Shown here: piece after piece, positions 46,718-55,800 of the stretch | Layout of the letters: each line of letters opens with the position of its first letter | How positions within the stretch are numbered: position 1 is the stretch's first letter | Origin: Reclinomonas americana ATCC 50394 | Lineage: Eukaryota | DNA length: 64,000 nucleotides | Assembly: GCA_048213135.1 (NCBI GenBank) | Contig: PS015009.1 | Coordinates: 1,178,001-1,242,000 of the forward strand | Direction of reading: 5' to 3' | Translations under genes and position numbers: made by a program | The notes under the pieces: generated by a model | The model's input: the letters and a program-made list of their open reading frames with translations, nothing else | Told to the model about the DNA's origin: nothing | Database searches by the model: none

Positions 46718-47745
46718 GCGAGCAGATTTTGGATATTGGTTGCGGTATCAACGCCCGAACAGGGTATTTTATTTAGTAACTGGTCCCAATTTTCGCGGTT
46801 TTGCAGGGCTTTGCCGTAATATTTATCATAATAGGTCAGTAAAACGCGGAAACAGCCGCTGATGTCCTCTTCCAGCAGGCACCCGATAGCAGTTTTGGCT
46901 TCCAGTCCGCCCAGCCTTTTTTTGATGCGGATGATATTGTTCACCAGCTTTTCCCTTTCCATACTACCATATTCCTTCACCAGCAATGACAGTCTTTCTT
47001 CAAAAGGCACATCAAGAAAATAAACCGGTTGTTTGCGGATGGTATACCAGAGCGGCATGGGTATTTGCAGGTCGCCGATGCGCTGGCTTTCATCTTCCAG
47101 GTAAATAACCAGCGCTTCTTTTTTGGCTGACAGCTCTGTTGCCAGCAGGTTCTCAAACATTTCCTGCTTGGGTTGTTCCCCTATAGCACCAAATGCCGAT
47201 CCTTTATGATTGGCCAGTTTTTCCAGGTCGATGATGGTATGTCCTTTTTCGGCCAGCCCATGTATGACATGTGTTTTACCGCTGCCGGTATAGCCGCCAA
47301 TGATGTGAAAAGGATAAGCGTTCTCAAATTGCCGCAGCACCCATTTGCGGTAGGCTTTATAGCCACCCGCCAATGTAAACACCTTGAACCCGTACAGATC
47401 GAGCAGCCAGGCTACACCCGCGCTGCGCATACCTCCGCGCCAGCAATGCACAAGGACGGTTCTTTCTTCTCCGGCGGCAACTCCTGTAAAGTGCTTTTCC
47501 ACCTGTTCTACCATGGCCCGCATCTTAAGTCCAAAAAAATCGAGCCCGATTTTAATGGCCTGTTCCCGGCTTTGCTGTTTATAAGCGGTGCCTACCTGTT
47601 TTCTTTCTTCGTCCGTAAAAAGCGGCAGCGCTGTGGCGCCGGGAATATGGGCATGGTGGTATTCGCCGGGGCTGCGCACATCAAATATGGGATGCTGCTT
47701 CGCCAGTTGCAGGAAATCGTTTATGGTGGTTTTCTGAATCGCCAT
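46696..47745 (-). CDS. mnmH: tRNA 2-selenouridine synthase (SelU)
   Basis: Rhodanese DVRSP.E, HCWRGGMRS, GGYKAYR, G.TGSGKT, DLE.LA.H.GS.FG, EDES. Confidence 0.95.
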   Translation of the reverse strand: MAIQKTTINDFLQLAKQHPIFDVRSPGEYHHAHIPGATALPLFTDEERKQVGTAYKQQSREQAIKIGLDFFGLKMRAMVEQVEKHFTGVAAGEERTVLVHCWRGGMRSAGVAWLLDLYGFKVFTLAGGYKAYRKWVLRQFENAYPFHIIGGYTGSGKTHVIHGLAEKGHTIIDLEKLANHKGSAFGAIGEQPKQEMFENLLATELSAKKEALVIYLEDESQRIGDLQIPMPLWYTIRKQPVYFLDVPFEERLSLLVKEYGSMEREKLVNNIIRIKKRLGGLEAKTAIGCLLEEDISGCFRVLLTYYDKYYGKALQNRENWDQLLNKIPCSGVDTATNIQNLLACTTQNA

Positions 47746-47991
47746 TTGCTAATCGCTAAGAACAATTTACCGGTCAAAAAAGATAAATTCCCGCAAAGCC
47801 ACCTAGGCCACGAAGTATAGTTGCGGGAAACTATTCAAACCGATAAACTGCCGTTGCTAAGTTAAAGAGAATCCCCGGGGTTGCGGCAGTTCATCCTTCT
47901 ATTCTCTTGCCCTGCCCGCTTTTTTAGCAGTTGATACATGCCTGGCGGGTGGTTTGAAATTCCTTTTATTGTTTTGTGTTAAAATGAGCAT

Positions 47992-48582
47992 ATGAAATAC
48001 TTTTTAATAGGCGGTATGGCAACGTTGTTATTCAGTTGCAGTAAACCTGTTGATATCGTTCCCCCTCCCGCAACACCGCCTGTTCCTCCCGCGATGGAGT
48101 ATACTGACCTGGGCAATATACCAGCCGGTAAAGGACATGTTGTTGTGCTGGATCCGAATCACGACGGGGCCTCCGATATCTATTTTTCCTACCAGTTGGT
48201 GGGCGATGGCATATTGCATGCGGATAAGCACCAGTTTTATACCTCCGCCCTGCGGAATATCTTTTTCCCTTTCGACATTTTTGAAGAAGCCCCGTCACTG
48301 GCAAAAGGGGCAGCCATAGGCGCAACCTCCTTCCCGGGGTATGACTGGGCCAACGGGTCGGTAATACTGGCAGAAAAGGTGGTTCCTGTCAGGGACCTGC
48401 CTTACTGGATGGGACAATGGAAAAATGTTTCACACCGTTATCTGCCCCTGCTGCTTAAAAAAGGACAGGAGCAATATTTCGGCTGGATCGAGTTATCGTT
48501 CAATATACAGACAGAACTGATCACACTGCACAGGATGGCGATCAGCCGGCAGGATGGCTCGGTAGCGTACGCGGGATACTAA
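47992..48582 (+). CDS. Hypothetical lipoprotein
   Basis: Lipobox LFSC, Pro-rich linker, DxNxDGxxD motif. Confidence 0.75.
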   Translation: MKYFLIGGMATLLFSCSKPVDIVPPPATPPVPPAMEYTDLGNIPAGKGHVVVLDPNHDGASDIYFSYQLVGDGILHADKHQFYTSALRNIFFPFDIFEEAPSLAKGAAIGATSFPGYDWANGSVILAEKVVPVRDLPYWMGQWKNVSHRYLPLLLKKGQEQYFGWIELSFNIQTELITLHRMAISRQDGSVAYAGY

Positions 48583-49082
48583 TGTTCGTTGGACACGTTC
48601 ACTTTGCCGTCGTACCACAGCGACAGCAGGTCGCCCTTTCTTGTTTTCAGTAATCCTTTCAGATCGGTGGTTTTGCCACCGATGGTAACATTAACGCCAC
48701 AATGTTCTTTGTTATCTTCCGATGACCAGGTTTCATAGACTTCGTAAGTAACCCCGTTGTTGCTGAAGGTGAGATAAGCGAAGTTCATGGCCGCATTGGC
48801 TTTACCGCCACCACGCATGTACCCGTTGATGGTGAATTGCCGCCAGGAGTTCGTATCGCTGCTGGCGGGATATTGCAATTCCAGTTTGTCTTTTGTGCCG
48901 AACCGGTAAACAATATACCGGTCTTCTTTTTCTTTACAAACAGAGACCCATTTTTGATTGCTGAGCTGAAAAGCGAAGGCGATCTTTTCATTGGGTTTAC
49001 ACAACTGGTTATTCAGCTGGCCATAACCCGGGAGAATGACCATGAAAAGTATTGCGGTTAAAAATGACCGGCGTATTAACAT
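48579..49082 (-). CDS. Hypothetical exported protein
   Basis: Start MLIRRSF with signal peptide; C..NE, K.VSVC, YRFG...LEL.YP. Confidence 0.75.
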   Translation of the reverse strand: MLIRRSFLTAILFMVILPGYGQLNNQLCKPNEKIAFAFQLSNQKWVSVCKEKEDRYIVYRFGTKDKLELQYPASSDTNSWRQFTINGYMRGGGKANAAMNFAYLTFSNNGVTYEVYETWSSEDNKEHCGVNVTIGGKTTDLKGLLKTRKGDLLSLWYDGKVNVSNEH

Positions 49083-49328
49083 AATGCGGTAAGATATAGA
49101 AAAGCCCGGGAATAGGCAACGGCACCACCAGTGGTGTGTATCAGTTTGAAAACAGATAAGTCCTCCCACCAAGCCGCTAAGAACACAAAGAGTGCCAGGT
49201 AGAATATATACTTCGCATTCATCGTGTTTTTGCGGGAAACATATTCAAATCGGACACTATTCCGTCAGCCAGGTTTAAGGTTTTGCAAATGCAAAGGCCG
49301 GTTATTAAAAAGAAGAATTTATAACAAT

Positions 49329-49456
49329 AAAAAAGCCGGCAATAAGATTATTGCCGGCCACACTGAGTCTCTACACCTCAATGGCATTCTAAAGGATATT
49401 GGAAGTTTTGCTCAGTACGAATCGCATCTCTCTCAATCACATGCTCTGTGTACTAC
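49329..49456 (-). ncRNA. Candidate ~130-nt sRNA
   Basis: Variant -7 element TACTTTTA (49461-49468), operator box 49491-49508, 5' hairpin, strong terminator GCCGGCAATAA-TC-TTATTGCCGGC plus T6; longest ORF ending before the terminator is 12 aa. Confidence 0.5.
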
Positions 49457-49626
49457 GATGTAAAAGTAGCACCCTAAAACAGGCTTTTTTTACCCGTCTT
49501 GTAGGGTGAATTATCTCCTCATTTTTAATGGATAATTTTTACACCATTTTTAGGGGTATGGTTTATTTTTTACGGTTAATATAAAAGGTCTGTTTATCGA
49601 AAAGTTCCGGCCAATGTTTTAATGCG

Positions 49627-49663
49627 AAAGCCCCGCATTATGTACTAACATTAGCGGGACTTT
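49627..49663 (-). terminator. Hairpin ending the long 3' UTR of the giant gene
   Basis: AAAGCCCCGC...GCGGGACTTT. Confidence 0.55.
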
Positions 49664-49831
49664 CCTGATCTCAACGTATCCAAAAATCCAAAAAGAGATT
49701 CTTTTCCGGCGCCTTCGCCTTTTCGACCAGTTGCTTGGTTTTCGATATTAGTTTAAAGCGTTCATAGAAAGCTGGTTCTTGCCTGAACAACAGGGGCAGG
49801 CCATTTTACCTGCGCCCTGTTATTGCTGGCT

Positions 49832-52800
49832 TTACTGTATTTGGAGTTTTTCACTTATTAATGTGTACGTGTTGTTGTTCTGTATCTGCAGGAAATACAG
49901 CCCCCTGGCCAGATCAGAAACATCCACCCTTGTTTTACCATTGTTCAGGGTCAGTACACGTATGGTTTTGCCTGCCGGATCAATGATCCTTGTTGTGGCT
50001 CCCTTATCATATCCGTCCAGCTGAATGGTCAGGTTGCCCTGTACAACGGGGTTCGGATAGATTTTTACTGATCCTGTACCCTGGCTGGCCGCGTTGAAAC
50101 GAAGCACATCACTGTATTTATAGCGTCCGTCCATATCCACGATCTTCAACCTGTAGAAGGTAGCCGGTGAATAGAAAGGAGCTGTATAACGATAGGTGAG
50201 TGTTCCCGGCGTGTTCAGCGGACTAACTGTTCCTGTACGGATGAAGCTGATTCCATCAAGGCTGTATTCCACTTCATAGGCATGAACCTGTGTTTCGTTG
50301 GCTACTTTCCACTCCAGGTTAACTTTAGTTTCACCGCTCTTAACCCCGTTAAAGGATAGTTGAGTGATCGGCAAAACATACGGTGTTGTTTTCGCATAGT
50401 AACCGAAACTACTGAAGCTGTTTACCTGGAACTCAACATATTTCACGCCCTGGTCAACGCCCCATGCTGTTGGTGTAATACCCGCCCCTGCTGTCAGGTC
50501 GCCCGGAACCATGTTGTTCACGGTTTCCTGGGCACTGGCGGTTTCCGCCTTAAACCAGCCCTGGGATTTCAGGATGCCTGTTCCCGGCATTGGGTCTGTA
50601 AGCATGGCCATGGTATCGGCATCGGTGTAATACACCCTTACCACAACACCACCATTTACAGGATAGCTGCCCGGCGCTACAATAGTATGCAGGCGTTTGC
50701 TGATGCGTATTGTTTTCAGTGCATTATCTGTTGACTGGTAATAGCCGGTTCCCGCGTTAGAGAAAGTTCCGCCGCCACCGGTTAGTGTACCCTGGTTGTC
50801 TACTGTAAGACTTGCCGGGCTCCACGTGTTACCATTTGGATTAACCGCAATAATTGCCTTGGTTGTATTTACAGAACCTTTATAGTAGATATAAGGATCG
50901 GCTGTACAGTTACCAATACTGGCTTCCTGTGCTCCTGAAGTTACCAAAACGGGTTGCAGGCTGGCGATGTCTGGTTTTGTAACAAACGTAATATACTGGT
51001 AAGCGCCTGCAGGGAAATTATATGGCGCTTCCCATTCTTTACTTGTTGCATTGAGCGTCATTGGTATTTCTACCTGTCCAATATTGGTGGTAAAATCTGC
51101 GACACCATTTACGATCATGTACACTTTAGTAGCGCCCGCAGGAAGTACCGGCAGTTTTGTAACCGCTGCGCTGCTGGCATCAGGTATGGTGATCAGTACG
51201 GTCTGGTCATTACCCAGTCCCCTTACTTTCCATTCCCTGGTAATACGCTGCGGTACTGTACAGGAATTACCTGTAGTATAGTACGCTGGTACTTCCAGGC
51301 CGGTTGTCCATGAGGATACAGCAGCATTATCGTCACCAGCTATTACATAGGTACGATCGCCGGCAAATTTGCTCATGTCTTTGCTATTTTCACTGAGGAT
51401 GGCTCCATCCACACTCATCTTAAGCATACTACCAGGCAGTACCGAACTGGATTGATTCTGACTGAAACAACCCACAGAATCTATACCCACTCCAAATACG
51501 CGGGTGCCATAGGTGCTCACATCGTAGATGGTTGCTGTAGCTGCATTGGTACCGTCGTAATCCGGACTGTAATAGTTATGAGTCAGCGTTTGGCCATTTT
51601 TAATAGCCAGATAAGTGTTCAAATTTAACAGTTCAGCGCCTGTCAGCTCCCTGTTGTAGGTAAACCCTTCCAGGAATGTATTATTACCGGCCAGCAAACT
51701 TCCAGAAGCTGCACCACCTGCCGTTACATAGGCTGCTCCTATGCGAAGACCATAGGTATTGTTTGCTATGATATTCAGTGATCCTCCATTCCAAAAATTG
51801 GTGTAACCATTAACGGTAGCGCCCAAACGTCCACTTGATAAAGAAGGCGCCTGCCAGTTGATCCATACATCTGCCTTACCGGTTTCATGTGCCGCATCAA
51901 ATGTGGCACTGCTACTGTTGATATTCGCAAATATAGAGTTGGTACCCACTACACCTGCGGCAATATAACTTGCACGGCTAAGACCAAACAGGGCTGTTTT
52001 GGTGTTACCTACCGCGAAGAAGGCACCCTGGTTGGCGGCCACAACTGAGCTTTCGCTCAGGCCTGTTTTTTCAAAATAAACACCGCTGGTCAGGGTAAGT
52101 GTCCTGTTATAGTTGCTGGCGGCTGTACCTGCATTGATATTAACTGTTGTAGCTCCTACTTTCGCCAGGGTGTGGCTGCCGGTCTCGTCAGCAAAAGAAG
52201 CTAATGCACCTGTTCCTTTATTATCGGTTTTGTACCAGCTTGTCAAACCATCACTGATACCTGCAGGGGCGATACATGATTTTTGCGAAGCGAAGGTGTA
52301 ATAGTCGCCGTCTGCAAAATCATAGGTTACTGACAGGTCAGTACCGTTAGGTGTCATTTCTATGGTAGCATCCGGCGCTTTGAAGTTGCCGGTATGTGAT
52401 ACGAGCAGGTAAACGGTGCTGATATCAGCCGCCGGCAGTTTATAGGTTGCGCTGCTTGTGCTGGCTGGCACCTGCAGGTACACCGTATTCACTGTACCTG
52501 TTTCTTTCACCCGCCATACGCGGTTCAGGCGTACGAGGTTGCCCGGTACTTTGTCCACTCCTGTCCAGGTGAGTGATTTATTGTTGTCACCAAAGAGCAG
52601 GAAAGAGAAGTTATTGGCAAAGGTTACCGGGTTCGCCGCATTGGTAGCCGCAAGGCCCGCAGGATCGTTGGATATTTTCACCAACGCCCCGGTTGTTTCC
52701 TGGCTGAAGGATTGTTTTTGCTCAAAGGCAGAACAATCATCGCGGCCAATACCGGTGATACGATTCCAGAAATTGGTATAATTATAGGTTGCTGTTGTTC

Positions 52801-55800
52801 CATTGCTGGCCAGGTAGGCATTCCCTACCGCAGTGCTATCCAGGGTAAAGCCATACTTGGTGGCCAGGTAGCTGTGTATCTGCCGCATAGGAGTAGAATT
52901 GGCAGCACCTTTATCATCATTATAGATCACAAACTCACCCAGGAAGAAATTGCCAGGGTTGCCACCTCCTGTCAAGAGGTTACTGCCTATACGGAACCTT
53001 CCGTTTGTTGTAGCAGTGCTTGTGGCTAAGCCTGAACCTACTGTTTTCAGGTTGCTTAACAGCCTGTATCCTGTACCTGTTGTATTGGCAAAGGTGTAGA
53101 TTTCCGGATCGGTAAGTGTCGGCGTTCGGCTTAATCCGATCGTATTGCCCCAGAAGGCCTGGTTGCGCTCAAGGGCGGTTTTTACATTACCTGCATTATC
53201 GTCGTGGTACCAGAAAACATTATTGGAAACGCCTCCAACATTATAACCTGCCAAAACACTGGTCATGGTAGTGGACGTTCTGAAGTCCGTAGTATTTACA
53301 TTTCCGGCAGTGGCCAGTACATCATCCACTCCATCAAACAATACACCCGTATTGTAATTGAATTTTCCGGGCCTGTAGACTGGGTTATACCCCGAGTTTA
53401 CCTGCTCTACTTTACCGATGGTAGCGCCAAACTTCATGTTGTTCATGCTGGCAACTGCGTCTCCGTCATTTTCTGCGTAGGTTGTTTGCGCTGCATCGGT
53501 AAACATATCATAGTCCGCATTGAACCATACGGTCATATTAGATGTGACACCGCCCGGCGCCGCATTGATATAAGCAAGGGTAAAATACTGGCCATTGCTG
53601 AAGTTCACATTGCTGAAATAGGCCTTGCCCCTTCTTACACTGTCATTCATGATTACTGTAGCTCCGATATAATCACCTGCAGTACCGCTGATGATCAGTA
53701 CCGGCTTATAGTTAGAAGCATTGATAGAGAATAACCCCTGCTTGCCTACTTCTATGTTCACGGTACCCGGTGTACCAACAGTTTGCACCTGCCATTCGCG
53801 GTTGATCTTTACATAACAACCGGTAAGCCCTGCAGGCATATTAGTCGTATTTGAAGTAGTAATGCTGGCGTTGTTGTTTGCAAATACCAGGAAGTTCTTA
53901 TCATTGGCAAATGCATTGGTGTTTGATGCATTGGTTGCCTTCACCGCTCCCTTACCGATAGAAATGATATCAGTTCCGTCGGTACTGGTGCTTTGCTTCT
54001 GATTCAGGGCGCCGCAATCATCCCTACCTATACCGGTGATATCATATTTAAACACACCGCCGGTACCTGCATTCCATATTTTTGTAACACCATCGCTGGC
54101 GAGGTAGTCGGTAGGCACTGTCTGGTCCAGGGTAATACCCCATTTGATAGCGAGGTAGCTATTGATCTTTTGCTGTTCAATTGCTGACAGATTCCAGGGA
54201 TAGTAGAGCACCTCGTTAAGGTTTTGCGTATAAGAGTTGCTATAGTCCGGTCCCAGGCCGATATGGAATTCCGCATTATCGTTAAACCTGGTATTAATCG
54301 CTGTTCCTAATGTAGCAGAAGCCCGGCTGGCACCATTTGCATACAAAGAAGCGTTACCATTGGCGGCAAGAATACCACCGATGATATCGTGTGTTACTGT
54401 GGCTGAATTATAGAAAGCGGTAGGTTCTAGCAGGTTATTACCGGATGTATATAATAACAGCTTTCCGGCATTTCCACCCCCCTGGCGGCTAAGGCCAAAG
54501 TTGGAACCTGTAAACGCATCGTTTCCATAACCGGTATAAATGGTCTCTGTCGCATTGTTGTTGTTAGCACCCATCGCAATTACGGATTTACCCATTTGTC
54601 CGTAGGTAAAGCCATCGAGATAGTTGCTGGTTTTATTAAAGTAATCCGCAGTAAAGTAAATAGAAGGGTTATAGTTGCGGGTATAGGTAGTATTGGTGCT
54701 GTAATACGTAGGGTCGCCAGAACCTGTCACATGGTTTTTATTGCCACTGAGGTCATACCAGGTAGCCCCGCCCATATTAGTGCCATCAGCTTGTATAGCC
54801 AGCTGGTTATCGTCTGACATAAACCAGGCCGATGGTCCCTGCGGACGTACAAATAAACTGGCATCCGGAATAGCTGCAAACGTACCGGCTACGGCACCAT
54901 CCCATTGCAGGTTATAAGTATTAGGTGTGCCTGCTCCGGCAAAATAGACCGTCAGGTCATAATATTGCCCTGCTGTTAAGCTAATAACGGGTACAGAAGT
55001 TACGTTTGTGTTAGTAAAGGCGGTGATATTTAATGCAGTAATATCCGTTACTCCATCATTAATCACTACTGCCAACTGATCATCCGTATTGGCTACTGCC
55101 CTGAACTGGTAATTACCTGTACGGGGCGCCAGTACTTTTGTTTTTAATACAATGCCATAATTAGTCGTAAGTCTTGCACTAATCATACTGCTGACTGTAG
55201 CAATCTGCATATTATTAAGGTATCCCGAACCTTTCAGCACATCAGTACCGGTGCCCAGTTTTGCTGCTATCAAATCTCTTGTTGCACCTCCAGGTGTGGT
55301 GTACAAGGTATAGGCAGCGCCGTTGATGTAAGGAACACCGCCAATAGTAGCCGTACCTGTGGCAGGGCTGTTGATACCACCAGGATAGCCGATGGTGAAC
55401 AACAGGGTGAAAGTAGCGCCGTCGGGAATAGTTATATTATTGAACGTAACTGCTCCGCCGTTTACTGTAGCCGGTGATACTAAAGTAACGGCACTGTTGG
55501 TAAAATTGCCGTCGCCATCCGCATCTATCGCCAGTTGAATATTAGTCCAGTTGCCCGGAACCGGTGATGTACTGCTGCCAAAAATCAATTGTACACCGGT
55601 TACGCTGCCGGTATTTACCGCCTTCCAGGTACGCTGGTAGCGGTTGGCGTTGCAGGATGTATAAGTTGCCGGTATGCCGGTATTGACAGCGGTTAAGGCA
55701 AGGCCATTGTGGCCTACCATCAAAAACTGGTTGTTGGCGGCAAAGCTGCTGGTATTGGACAGGTTGTCGGCCGCCAGGCTGCCCAATGCGATCCTTAAAT

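Noticed and set aside
21746-47820. Long antisense or overlapping ORFs in the track (e.g. 23354-24346, 27760-28632, 36616-37455, 45004-45741)
   Set aside because: They are shadow frames of well-supported genes and show no recognisable motifs.
49762-49830. Cys-rich micro-ORF MACPCCSGK... after the giant gene
   Set aside because: It lies within a hairpin (AACAGGG.GCAGG..CCTGCCCCTGTT), which explains the codons.
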